IMG/VR virus record: IMGVR_UViG_3300048837_000398
Location: 1 to 64,000 of that record
Origin: a virus
DNA length: 64,000 nucleotides
Direction: 5' to 3' (one strand)
Each line of letters begins with the position of its first letter. The first letter of the stretch is position 1. Under the pieces are notes generated by a model, which saw only the letters and a program-made list of their open reading frames with translations, searched no databases and was not told where the DNA came from. Below are positions 12,613 to 21,993 of the stretch, one piece after another. Made by a program: the position numbers and the translations under genes.

Positions 12613-12968
12613 TTGAGAACTTTTATTAGAGATTCGTGGTCATAGAGAAGGATCGAGTAGTCGGGCGTAATTACTCCGTAGTGAATATCGGGATGGCTGT
12701 CTTTCCAACCAGCAACGAAATAATGATCTTCTGGTGAAGGTAACAATATTCCGTTAGGATGATTGTGTAAGAGCAGGCCTCTTCCGTATAACGCTAATGT
12801 AGGAGTGTCGATGATTACGCCCATACTACTAGACTCTAGCGTCAGGTTAATTCTGGGCCGCCAAGAGTGTTGGTCGTAGAACAGGTACGCAGACTCTAGC
12901 TGATCGATGAGTGGCCAGCTAAGGTGATGTTTTCTTAGGGCGGTTTGAATTAAGTGCGCTAGGTGCAT
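12609..12968 (-). CDS. JAB/MPN (RadC-like) domain protein
   Basis: HNHPNG...PSPED matches the JAMM HxHx7Sx2D pattern. Confidence 0.65.
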   Translation of the reverse strand: MHLAHLIQTALRKHHLSWPLIDQLESAYLFYDQHSWRPRINLTLESSSMGVIIDTPTLALYGRGLLLHNHPNGILLPSPEDHYFVAGWKDSHPDIHYGVITPDYSILLYDHESLIKVLK

Positions 12969-13982
12969 TTATCTAAATATTGAAAGTGGGATCTCGCCGT
13001 TAGCTTCGTAGACTTCTTTTGGGAGCTCCCAATAGTCTTTGCTGGAATGCCACCTGTAAGCCCTCAGGAGATCGTTAATACCGTGGTAGTACTTACTCCC
13101 CAAGCTACAGCCTTCAACGCCGCAGAAGCGCTCTGAGGGGCTCGTACGGTAAATTATAGCTGGGTTTACAGCGTCACTCTTCGATTCGACCACAATAAAG
13201 ATGAAATCGAGTACTTCGTAGCCTTCATCCAAGTACTTTCTGATCGGCGACTCTTTCGAATAGAGCGCTATTTCGTAGAACGCACACTGCCGATAGTAGC
13301 CGAAGTGAAGATACGAAGACGAGAATTCCCAGACACTTTTACCCGTAGTCTTTAGGTCGAAGGGCTGGATTGTCTTGGCAGCATGATCGATAAGGATGCC
13401 GTCTAAGAGCCCTTTACATTCAGTAACTTCTCCGTCTAACTCGTAGTCGAAATAGATAGCTACTTGGTGCATCAACTCCTTGTTAGGATCTTTGTTGACG
13501 AAGTAGGGTAGCGTATATTCGTTAGCGCCAATCGTTTCGACAGCCTTCTTGACTTGGAAGTACTCGTCTTTAGATAGCGCAATTTTATTTTCGTCGAGCT
13601 GTGTAAGTCACAAATAGTATTCGACGTGCTTCTCGTTAGTGAGAAACTGATCTACTACCCATGCTAAGCTCTTTTTGTAGCCAGCCTTATCGTAGGCCTC
13701 TTGATAGTCTTCGAGAGGAGATTCTCCAGTCAGTCCTTTAGGTAAGTTCTTGACGAACTTAAACATCAAGCCATAAGGCTTAGAGACGTCTCCTACTACG
13801 AAGTCATCCTTTCAACGCTCAGGGGAAGTTAGCAGACAGTCTACTGCTGAGCCGATACGCAAAGCAGTGTCGTCTTCGTCTTCAAATAGTTCTGGATTAT
13901 TACGTCTGAGTCAAGCCTGCTTAGGGTTGAGCATCGACGATAGTAGAGAGTTGGAGATTCGATTTACTTTGAAGTAGTGCAT
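12969..13982 (-). CDS. PD-(D/E)XK exonuclease (RecE/exonuclease VIII-like), 3 in-frame TGA
   Basis: Motifs ISNSLL, GSAVD, CKGLLD...DLKTT and YYRQCAFY. TGAs at 13911, 13812 and 13608 are in frame. Confidence 0.8.
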
Positions 13983-13993
13983 TTTATAGGTTT

Positions 13994-14188
13994 TTATTTT
14001 AGTCCGAATTCAAACTCCCAAGACTTAGTCGACTCATCGTAGCGAAGCGTTTGCTCGATATAACATTCTTGTTTGTGAGTTTCATAGTATTTGTTCAGGA
14101 GTTCTATCAGATCAGCTCTGAATTTTTTGGCGTCTTCTTCAGTAGGAACGTTTACGGTAACTTCGAATGAAAGGAGTATGCTACCCAT
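13994..14188 (-). CDS. Hypothetical protein
   Basis: ORF tiles between its neighbours. Confidence 0.55.
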   Translation of the reverse strand: MGSILLSFEVTVNVPTEEDAKKFRADLIELLNKYYETHKQECYIEQTLRYDESTKSWEFEFGLK

Positions 14189-14564
14189 GTTGTATAATTT
14201 CTATTGCTTGATCCAGTTCCTTCACGCTTTGCGGCAAGAAGAGCTGGATTTTTTTGTTTTTAAATTTGTGCTTTAGCAGTTTCCACTTGAGATTGAAGTC
14301 AGGTGTACGCATTCCTTTAGTCTCGATTATCCAGCCTTTCCCAACAAAGTCAGGAGTATAAGTGATAGGTCGCACTTTAGTGGAGATCTCTTTGAAAACC
14401 TTTCGATTACGTTCTCAAGAGACTGCTTTAGTTGTGAAACCCTCGACAAGGAGTATTGCGTAAGGTTCGTACTCGAATTCTATGTTAGCGTCTACTAGCT
14501 TTTGGTAGCATAGTGCCTCGAACTTAGAGCGAAATTTCGTAGTCTTCGTGTTCTTGTATTTCAT
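14181..14564 (-). CDS. T7 endonuclease I-like / Holliday junction resolvase (in-frame TGA at 14415-14417)
   Basis: FRSKFE...FEYEP...YTPDF...IIETKG motif set becomes contiguous only with TGA read-through. Confidence 0.8.
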
Positions 14565-14715
14565 AGAGTTGAACTATGTCGTCGAGCTTTACTGAAGCTT
14601 CAGGTAGGTCTAAGCCCTCTTCAATCTCACCTAAAGTTAACGTGAAGTACTCGGCAAGAAGTTCAAGATCAATAGGATCGTCGTGTTCGATAGATATTTG
14701 AATGATTGTAGTCAT
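14524..14715 (-). CDS. Hypothetical acidic protein
   Basis: ORF in operon context. Confidence 0.5.
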   Translation of the reverse strand: MTTIIQISIEHDDPIDLELLAEYFTLTLGEIEEGLDLPEASVKLDDIVQLYEIQEHEDYEISL

Positions 14716-14781
14716 GTCTTATTTAAAATGGGGGGAAAGCCCTTCCTCGTTTGGAAAGACTCTCCCCGGCGGTTTCCAGCC

Positions 14782-15483
14782 TTATTTTCGCATAGCTACC
14801 ATCCGCTGGATAACGGAGGAAGCTGCAAGCGCTGTGTCTTCAGTGAGCCCTGTGGTGACATCGACAACGTAGAATGCGTCAAGGAACCACACCATCTTTA
14901 CGCGAATAAAGTCCGCTTCAAGAGTGAGTGCGATGTCCGTGGCCACTGTCTCCATTGCGACGACAGTATTCTCTGTGGGGTTGTGGTTGCCAGTGAAGGT
15001 CTCGAGGATGTGATCGCGACGTTGCGACCGATGGAGAACCGACTTGTGGCGGGTGCACGTGATCTCGACTTCGTACATGAAATCGTTCACCTGCTTGTAC
15101 ATGACCGACTTCGACCATTCGTGTTCAACCCGGAGAGTTTTTACGAGGTCGCTGTAATTCATGATGGTGTGTGTGCCCACAGGCGTGCGTAAAACAGCGG
15201 TCGAATTTTCGAACTTACGATCGTAAGCCAAGTAATCGAAACCTTCGGGTGTGTAGAGCTTCTCACCTCGCACAAACTCCGGTACAGGAACGTTTGCTTC
15301 CTGAAGTGTGCTGAACAACTCGGCCTTATTGTTGGTCAAGTTGAAGAGTGCGTTCGAATTAACGTTCACACCTTTCCGTTGGGAGGGCTTTATCGGGCTG
15401 TTAAACAGCGCTGAAACGTGGACGCCGTGGCTGCCTAAGGTGCGGGCAGAAACTGGGCACTTTGAATCGATGATAACGTGCAT
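14782..15483 (-). CDS. ATP-grasp-like (RimK-like) protein, divergent
   Basis: NNKAELFSTLQEANVPVPEF resembles the ATP-grasp N-terminal motif. C-terminal FYVVDVT in place of the usual E-x-N. Confidence 0.5.
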   Translation of the reverse strand: MHVIIDSKCPVSARTLGSHGVHVSALFNSPIKPSQRKGVNVNSNALFNLTNNKAELFSTLQEANVPVPEFVRGEKLYTPEGFDYLAYDRKFENSTAVLRTPVGTHTIMNYSDLVKTLRVEHEWSKSVMYKQVNDFMYEVEITCTRHKSVLHRSQRRDHILETFTGNHNPTENTVVAMETVATDIALTLEADFIRVKMVWFLDAFYVVDVTTGLTEDTALAASSVIQRMVAMRK

Positions 15484-15659
15484 TTGAAAAGATTGATGAA
15501 TGTTTGTGGTATGGATGGTTCGTTAGCCATTGCGAGATAGAAAGAAGGAGCGCGGCGACCCAGAGAGTGGATCAGCACTTCGCACATGATCGCCGCGTCC
15601 GCTTCATTTTCTTTCAGTCTCTTGATGGTTAGTCTTGTCATTAACGCTATTTGAGCCAT
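15435..15659 (-). CDS. Hypothetical protein
   Basis: ORF in operon context. Confidence 0.45.
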   Translation of the reverse strand: MAQIALMTRLTIKRLKENEADAAIMCEVLIHSLGRRAPSFYLAMANEPSIPQTFINLFKCTLSSIQSAQFLPAP

Positions 15660-16276
15660 GTAAATAGAGGAGGAACGTTAAAGTTATTTCCTGATAAAGG
15701 GGCTGGTGAACAACTCCTGAAAGTCGAATGTGAGCTATCGAGAAGATCACTTACGAAATTTTGCACCTTAGATCCTAGCAACACGTGATGAATGTCGTTC
15801 GGAAGCGCCTTAATGATTTCGCTTGTGAACCTCTTCCAATAGAGTAAGTGGCTACCCCCTTCCCCAGCTCGCACTGTGAGTGCAAGGTTGAGCAGAAGGA
15901 CTCCTTTACGAGGAAGCACGGAAAGGTATGAATCAGTTGCTTCGAACAGGTCTAGACCAGAGTCGGCTCGAATCTTGGTCAAGAGTCTGTGAAGTGCAGG
16001 AGCAATAGGATTACGAATGACGTGGTCATACGCTAGCCCATTACCAATGCCGTTAGCATATGGATCGACTCCATAGACAACAGCTTTCACGTCCTCGAAG
16101 GCGCACTCTTTGAACGCTCTAAACACAAGATCTTCCCTCGGATAAATAGTAAATCCTAGATCTTTCTCGTGCTTAAGTTTCGGTGCGATTTCCACAAAAG
16201 CTTCCATCGCAAGAGGCGCAGCATCTGCCCAGTCACCTAGATGGACGCCCAGAAACTGTTTAGTTTTCGGGCTCAT
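15647..16276 (-). CDS. ung: Family 1 uracil-DNA glycosylase homolog with altered catalytic motifs
   Basis: Motifs IYP...VFRAF, VKAVVYGVDPY (canonical GQDPY), GLAY, GVLLLNLALTV and SPAPLS (canonical HPSPLS). Confidence 0.85.
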   Translation of the reverse strand: MSPKTKQFLGVHLGDWADAAPLAMEAFVEIAPKLKHEKDLGFTIYPREDLVFRAFKECAFEDVKAVVYGVDPYANGIGNGLAYDHVIRNPIAPALHRLLTKIRADSGLDLFEATDSYLSVLPRKGVLLLNLALTVRAGEGGSHLLYWKRFTSEIIKALPNDIHHVLLGSKVQNFVSDLLDSSHSTFRSCSPAPLSGNNFNVPPLFTWLK

Positions 16277-16682
16277 CCGAACATCTGAATGTGTCGCTGT
16301 AAAGTACTTGGCTCCCGTAGGAGCAATCGGAGTATAGGGTTACATTAAACGAATCGAGTAGGCCTTCTGTGGTTTCATTTGCTGACAGCCAGTAGTCGAA
16401 CTCTCCTACCGCCTTCTGTAATGCGAGGTCATAATTCGTGTAGCTAAATTCGCGTGTCTTTGTGTAGGCCGTCGGTGAATCTCTCCACCAGACAGTTGTT
16501 TCGTAGAAGTAAGAGCAGTTGTTAGCTGCGGCTTCGAGTTCGTCTACCTTATTACAAGTAGCGATGCCTACTCCAAGTAGTAGAATGATAGTTGTGGCAA
16601 TTGCCCACAACAAGCTAGTAGGGGACATCGACTGTTGTTCTTGTCGAGAGGGTTCGTCCAAGGGCTTTTTTGATAAGCTCAT
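16260..16682 (-). CDS. Hypothetical membrane-anchored protein
   Basis: Hydrophobic segment LLWAIATTIILLLGVGIA. Confidence 0.55.
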   Translation of the reverse strand: MSLSKKPLDEPSRQEQQSMSPTSLLWAIATTIILLLGVGIATCNKVDELEAAANNCSYFYETTVWWRDSPTAYTKTREFSYTNYDLALQKAVGEFDYWLSANETTEGLLDSFNVTLYSDCSYGSQVLYSDTFRCSDEPEN

Positions 16683-17595
16683 ACGTTCTGCGTCTTTTGT
16701 ACCTTTTAAAATAGTCTGAAATGTCTTTGGGCCCTCGCGTAGCGATGTACGGGATTCTCAAAGATTCAGACAGAGAGATGTTCGACCGCATGCCAGCTTC
16801 ATCCGAGTCCATAAAAAGGAACACATGGGCATACGACTCTTTTAGGCTCTTAACTGTCCGCCTGACTACTTCACTCTTAGCACTAACGATTTCACTGTTG
16901 AAACATACTGCAGGAAAGCCAAGTTCCCACAGTACCATTACGTCTTTTAACGATGAAGTTATGAAAACGAGTTTACCTCGTCTTGCCAAGCTTTCTAGCC
17001 CGCCAATATCTTCTGCCCCCGCGTTACCGAACCATTTCTGTTGAGATTTGGAAGCGAGCGGACGGTAGATTTTCAGATGACTGGAAGGAAATGCGTACGC
17101 GAAAACAGGGTTTGCTTTCGTTCCGCGCATAAAAAGGTTGCCATTCACGTAGACCGATCGTAACGAATGAACGTTAAATTTTGCTAGTGTCGGTGCAGTA
17201 ATGCCGTAAGCATTTCAGTACCATCTATCCTCTTCCGACTCTTTGCGGATGGCCTCGATGATTAAATCTTTTGCTTTAGGCGCGTCGAGTGGCTTGTTCG
17301 TCTCTAATTTAGGAGCCACATCTCTCAAGATCTTAATTGCAGAAGCGAAGTTGACCTTGTACTTCTCGATAATAACGTCGATGACACTGTACATTTTACC
17401 TGTACCAAAGTCGTGCAGGTATAGGATGCCTCTAGGCGACTCTCAGAATGAGCACGTAGGATTATCGTCCTTTCGAAAAGGGGAACGCACTAGACCAGTG
17501 CCTACCTTCTCGTTAAGGAAATACTCCATGAGTGCTACTTGCCCAACCGACTTCATAAGTTCGAACGGGTCCGTATAGTTAGAAGCCTTTATCAT
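16615..17595 (-). CDS. dnaG: DNA primase (N-terminal Zn-finger-like region plus TOPRIM), 2 in-frame TGA
   Basis: SPFRKDDNPTCSF*...HDFGTG N-terminus, then ITSSLKDVM, FMDSDEAG and PKDISDY. TGAs at 17443 and 17215. Confidence 0.85.
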
Positions 17596-17836
17596 CGATT
17601 TGTAGATGTACGATTTTTTCGAATTTGTAGGTAGTAATCAAGTGGCACTCAATCTGCCAGATATCGTCTAGCTCTGTGTTGATTGCGAGCGTTACCTTTT
17701 GGACAGTAACTTTGGACTTAGAATCTTCCTTGTTCCGTAAGCCCGTAGCCGTAAAGGTAACTAGCCGAACGTTCTTGAGGTACATCCCAAGCTCTGCAAT
17801 CTTACCGCTATTTATTAGTTTGTCTATTCTTGACAT
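17579..17836 (-). CDS. Hypothetical protein
   Basis: ORF overlaps both neighbours by a few bases. Confidence 0.55.
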   Translation of the reverse strand: MSRIDKLINSGKIAELGMYLKNVRLVTFTATGLRNKEDSKSKVTVQKVTLAINTELDDIWQIECHLITTYKFEKIVHLQIDDKGF

Positions 17837-18099
17837 TTGTCTAGACGTTTCTCAAGAATCTCTGCGTGAAGCTTCCAAGAATTCAACAAGCGATTTGCTC
17901 TTAGTAAATCATTTGAAAGCTTTGCATTCTTTTCATTTAAAGCTTGAATTGTGTTTCCATCTGAAGTGCGTCCTAACGAATAGACCAGTGTTGAAGCCGC
18001 TAGGAAAACAGCAGCTAAGCTAGTGTTATGGATAAACGCAAAAGTAGCAGCTGCGCACAAGGTCAGTATTAATCCGAGTATAGATATAAATATTCTCAT
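17824..18099 (-). CDS. Small protein with two TM helices plus coiled coil
   Basis: Two hydrophobic helices followed by a heptad repeat. Confidence 0.55.
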   Translation of the reverse strand: MRIFISILGLILTLCAAATFAFIHNTSLAAVFLAASTLVYSLGRTSDGNTIQALNEKNAKLSNDLLRANRLLNSWKLHAEILEKRLDKCQE

Positions 18100-18165
18100 A
18101 GATTGATTTGTTTAGTTGAGAGTCTAGTGTCGAACTGTAAGCCCTTACTAAAGCTGACTCCCACC

Positions 18166-18193
18166 AATAAAAAAGGGTGGTTGCCCACCCCTC
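18166..18193 (-). terminator. Intrinsic terminator after the SSB-like gene
   Basis: Minus strand GGGTGG-GCAA-CCACCC followed by TTTTTT. Confidence 0.7.
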
Positions 18194-18200
18194 TTCATCG

Positions 18201-18731
18201 CTATGCTGCAATGCCAGCAGCTTCAAGTTTCTCTTTCTCCTTCTTCGTCCAGTAGAGCGAAGTAGGGAACCCTTTCATATAAGAGTCGATGAACTTGTAG
18301 TCTGGAATCTTCGCGTAAGTTTTGTCGCCCTTCTTATCGGGCATGACTTTTAGACAGACTGCTACGCCTTGCCATGCTTCGAGTTCTTTAGAAGCAAGCT
18401 CCATAAAGCTGTCGTAATCCTCTGCTTCGAGGGTGCCAGCGGCTTCTCCTAAGAATACTCGTAAGACGTCTACTACGATGCGCACGTTCTTATCGATCGA
18501 GCGCTGGAGAGCTTCAGAAGGAGACTCACCGTCGTTAATAAAGTTGGCGTTAGGTTCGAACAGTCGTTTGTGAATGAATTGGCCGGCCTCGTTACCGAAG
18601 CGTAAATCCCAGTAGTTAGGGCCTGACTGAAGGCCTAAGAATTGCAGGTCACCTTTATCGTGGATGCCCGCTTGAATACCTGCTCCGGAAGAAGGTAGTT
18701 CATTGTCGAAGTATAATTTCGCTTGGATCAT
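18201..18731 (-). CDS. Putative single-stranded DNA-binding protein
   Basis: Lies next to ERF and DnaB, is followed by a terminator, and is predicted beta-rich. Function inferred from context. Confidence 0.45.
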   Translation of the reverse strand: MIQAKLYFDNELPSSGAGIQAGIHDKGDLQFLGLQSGPNYWDLRFGNEAGQFIHKRLFEPNANFINDGESPSEALQRSIDKNVRIVVDVLRVFLGEAAGTLEAEDYDSFMELASKELEAWQGVAVCLKVMPDKKGDKTYAKIPDYKFIDSYMKGFPTSLYWTKKEKEKLEAAGIAA

Positions 18732-18742
18732 GATCGTGTAGA

Positions 18743-19141
18743 TTATCGAGTGAAAGTTTTGTTAGAGGCTGCGTTACCATCGTCGTCGTCTTCGATGTTG
18801 AGTCCTAAGACTGCACCGAGTGCGTAGCGACGCATATAAGTGATTGCTGAGCCGATAGCTTGTGGGTCGTTCTTAACTGGTTGGGTATTCACCGTGTCTT
18901 CTAGATACTCTCCTGAAGAGTGCATAAGAATAGTAGTGAGCCCGTTATCTCCTGACGGAAATTGTGCGAACGAAAGCCCGTGCTTAGCAAGTGGTGCGCG
19001 GATGCCTTTGATGATTGCGTTTAAGCTTACGTATTTTGATTTAAAGAAAGGATTTTTAGCGTCTTTGACGATAGCCTCTACTTCACCTTGAAACAGAGCT
19101 AGCGACTTGGCTAGATTAGCGATAGATTCGGATTTGTTCAT
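18743..19141 (-). CDS. erf: ERF-family ssDNA annealing protein
   Basis: KDAKNPFFKSKY and QAIGSAITYMRRYAL...DDDGN signatures. Confidence 0.92.
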   Translation of the reverse strand: MNKSESIANLAKSLALFQGEVEAIVKDAKNPFFKSKYVSLNAIIKGIRAPLAKHGLSFAQFPSGDNGLTTILMHSSGEYLEDTVNTQPVKNDPQAIGSAITYMRRYALGAVLGLNIEDDDDGNAASNKTFTR

Positions 19142-20106
19142 TATGCCTGTATAAGTTTCGCGTTCTTAAAGTCTTCGACGAATGCAAGGATCTGCTGTTC
19201 TCCGAAGCGTTCTTTTATGATGTGCCAATAGACCATGCTTTTAGTGGTATGTACTGGCGAATATACTGGTCGACCTTTAGGGTAGCCCTTGTCTGGTGGA
19301 CCATAGAAATCGCGCATCCCTGTTACTACGGCTGGACGATGCGTAATTATTACGTAGTCCGAACACGTGTAAATTGCTGATGACGCAAAGATATCGTTTC
19401 TATTTGGAAACTGAAGAAATTGATTTTGTACGCGCTCTGGCTTCTCGATGTCTCTGTTCAACTGCGAAAGGACTACAAAGATAATCTTAAGTCCTTTAGA
19501 AGCAAAGAGTTTTTTTAGATCGACAAACTTTCTCATGAGTTCATCGATAATAACTTTCTCTAAGTCAGTCTGCTTTCCTTTCGTTAGCAGAGCGTGGTCC
19601 AAAGTTACGACTAATCCATCGTCTTTAGAAACTTTCGCAGAGAAATCTAAGATCGTGCTACTAATTTCTTCGACAGTACCAGCAGTATCCACATAGTAAA
19701 TAGGTGTCGACGCTATCTCGTCTAAGACCTTGTTAGCTTGCTGCTCTAGCTCTGAGGAGAGCGGTGAGAAAGCTGAATAAAGATCTTTCGTAGTTGCTGA
19801 TACTTTAGACGACACTGAACGAGTTAGTGAATCTTCGATAAGCATTTCGAACTCGAATGAAAGTATGTGAAACTTCTGGTCTTTGTTGAGTGCTACGAAG
19901 TCTTGCTTAAGCTCCTCAAGGAGCGTACTCTTACCTGAGCCCGATAGTCCTGCAAAGGTAACTATTCGATTTCAGTCTATCCCATTCATCAGGGCCGAAT
20001 TAAAATTTTCTTTCGAAGTTTTTAGCGAGCGCACAACTCCGTTCTTACGATCTGCAATCGCTTTTCGCGTAAGTTCTACGCCCTTCGATATGTGCGAGTA
20101 TTTCAT
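19141..20106 (-). CDS. dnaB: DnaB-like replicative helicase (in-frame TGA at 19972-19974)
   Basis: Walker A GLSGSGKST lies just downstream of the TGA. Also FEFEM, TLDH, LSQLNR and KERFG motifs. Confidence 0.9.
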
Positions 20107-20604
20107 TTAGCGATATTTGGAATAGTGTTTTTCCCTAAGGAAGTTTAGTGGGCCCTTCATATACTTGTAGGGTGAGTGTGAGAGTGGTCCCGAAGATTGA
20201 TTTTCGAACGAGCTTACGTAATTAGCAGCTGCTCGCACTAGATCTTGCCACGGTACTTCGTTAGAGGCTTCTCTGTATGCAGCTTTCACTTCGCCATGCT
20301 TGCAGCGTATTGGTCGTGACTTCGGGAAGAAAGGTAAGTACTCGTCTGAAAGTGGAAACGTTTTGTAGAACTCTTCGAAACCTTCGTCCGAGGATGTTGG
20401 AGCTGACGACAAAGATACGATAAAACTTTTACCAGCATCTGTCAACTCGTTGTTTTTTCAGAAGCCTAGTTTTTCTAGTTTCCGAAACGCTTCGAGCGTG
20501 AGTGGTATGTCTAACCCTGTACCGTGCAGATTAGAGTGCAGAAAGAAATACTCGTTGAGATCAAGTGCATTCTCTCGAATGATGTTGTAAGTAGTCTTAT
20601 CCAT
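20107..20604 (-). CDS. Putative replication initiator/loader (wHTH plus 'FEEFYKTFP' domain; in-frame TGA at 20458-20460)
   Basis: FEEFYKTFP...YMKGPLNFL pattern seen in phage replication proteins that precede DnaB. Confidence 0.55.
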
Positions 20605-20857
20605 TGTTAAAAAAATCTTTGGTTCGTACGTTATTTTTAGAGTAGAAGAGCTCTCGTAGAGCGGAATCGTTGAGTATTTGTAGAAGTGCGTCTAAGATAG
20701 CTTCAGTCATCGACTCGAAAGGACCTTCTAAATGCGAGTCTCGTATTGCTTTAGACGAAGACCGTTCACGCACTAAGTAAAAGATTCCTTCAGAACTTTC
20801 GAATGCTGCGAAAGACAGCGACTTACCGAAGCGCTTACGCTTGAAGATTGGTTTCAT
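20597..20857 (-). CDS. Small hypothetical protein, tandem paralog family
   Basis: C-terminal helix MTEAILDALLQI. Confidence 0.6.
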   Translation of the reverse strand: MKPIFKRKRFGKSLSFAAFESSEGIFYLVRERSSSKAIRDSHLEGPFESMTEAILDALLQILNDSALRELFYSKNNVRTKDFFNNG

Positions 20858-21080
20858 AAAGAACTTTAATTAGAGCTCTATATCCATCTAAAATTACGTC
20901 TATTAGCTCCCATTCGTCGAGCGAGTAGTAGAGAGTCTTTACGTTCTCCATCGCCATTATACCTGGGCCTCTTGTTATTCGCAAGATTACGAATTGATTA
21001 GACGAAGCCATTCGAAGGACAAACCGAATCAAGCCGCCTTTGTGTGGTATAAACTTCTGGATGAGTAACTTAGGCTCCAA
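20835..21080 (-). CDS. Small hypothetical protein, tandem paralog family
   Basis: C-terminal helix LIDVILDGYRALI. Confidence 0.6.
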   Translation of the reverse strand: MEPKLLIQKFIPHKGGLIRFVLRMASSNQFVILRITRGPGIMAMENVKTLYYSLDEWELIDVILDGYRALIKVLYETNLQA

Positions 21081-21246
21081 TTGTCTTGAGGACTGCGTGA
21101 AGAATTACGTCGATAGCGTTTCCGGTTTTACCGTAACTGACTATTTCTTGTCGAGTTTCTACTGCAGCTTTGTAAAGACCGTTGCTAGTAGACTCGAGTA
21201 GTATTTTGAACTCTCCTATTTGGATTGCTCTTGCTTTGACTGCCAT
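21070..21246 (-). CDS. Small hypothetical protein, tandem paralog family (58 aa, not in ORF track)
   Basis: MAVKARAIQIGEF...NAIDVILHAVLKTIGA*; fills the gap exactly. Confidence 0.6.
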   Translation of the reverse strand: MAVKARAIQIGEFKILLESTSNGLYKAAVETRQEIVSYGKTGNAIDVILHAVLKTIGA

Positions 21247-21425
21247 GTGGCTATGATTTTATAGGCGCTTAACATTGCGTTGAAGGCTGAGTCTTGCATA
21301 CCAGTGTTCCATTTGTCGGAACCCTCGCTCGTATGTCTGATAATACAAAAGTACGAGCCCTTATATCGCCAAGTAGTACAAAGGTACACACCATTAACCG
21401 TAAACTGTGCTAACTGCTCGGCCAT
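21216..21425 (-). CDS. Small hypothetical protein, tandem paralog family
   Basis: C-terminal helix AFNAMLSAYKII. Confidence 0.6.
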   Translation of the reverse strand: MAEQLAQFTVNGVYLCTTWRYKGSYFCIIRHTSEGSDKWNTGMQDSAFNAMLSAYKIIATWQSKQEQSK

Positions 21426-21625
21426 TTGTTATTTTTTATTTCGAGGTAGGCCCCGAGCACACAGTCTACAAGATTTTCGTAAGTTCTCGATATCCTCTCT
21501 TCGACAGGATCGCCATGAACAATCACATAGTGATACGACTCGTGACCAATTTGTGAGACTACGTACGCAATCGTGTTCTTGAGTGGTGTGTTCAACTGGA
21601 GGACCTCACCCTTAGTCAGATCCAT
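21410..21625 (-). CDS. Small hypothetical protein, tandem paralog family
   Basis: C-terminal helix LVDCVLGAYLEI. Confidence 0.65.
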   Translation of the reverse strand: MDLTKGEVLQLNTPLKNTIAYVVSQIGHESYHYVIVHGDPVEERISRTYENLVDCVLGAYLEIKNNKWPSS

Positions 21626-21827
21626 AAAGCATGACCTTTATGTGAAGAAATGCGGCGAGTATGCAGTCCATCTGCGAAAGAAATGTCTTCGAGGAAACTG
21701 CTGAAGTCGGACTCTTACGCGCGATCCTATACATATAGTGCGTAACTAAAGACGAGTTAGTCGCCTCTATCCGATGTATCCAGCAGTCGAGTTGCTTAGA
21801 CGTATAGACGTTAAAAGGGTAGTCCAT
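21612..21827 (-). CDS. Small hypothetical protein, tandem paralog family
   Basis: C-terminal helix QMDCILAAFLHI. Confidence 0.65.
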   Translation of the reverse strand: MDYPFNVYTSKQLDCWIHRIEATNSSLVTHYMYRIARKSPTSAVSSKTFLSQMDCILAAFLHIKVMLYGSD

Positions 21828-21993
21828 CTAATTGTATGATTTTTAAATAAGCACTTAGTATGCAATCGTGTATCGTGTTGAAAATAGCGCCCGAATTGTG
21901 CGTATGAAACGGCACTATGACACTGTAGCGGTACCAGCCTTCATTTTCGACGACAATCGAACGAGTGCGGTCAATCGTGATTACGAGGGTCAT
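21811..21993 (-). CDS. Small hypothetical protein, tandem paralog family
   Basis: C-terminal helix IHDCILSAYLKI. Confidence 0.65.
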   Translation of the reverse strand: MTLVITIDRTRSIVVENEGWYRYSVIVPFHTHNSGAIFNTIHDCILSAYLKIIQLDGLPF

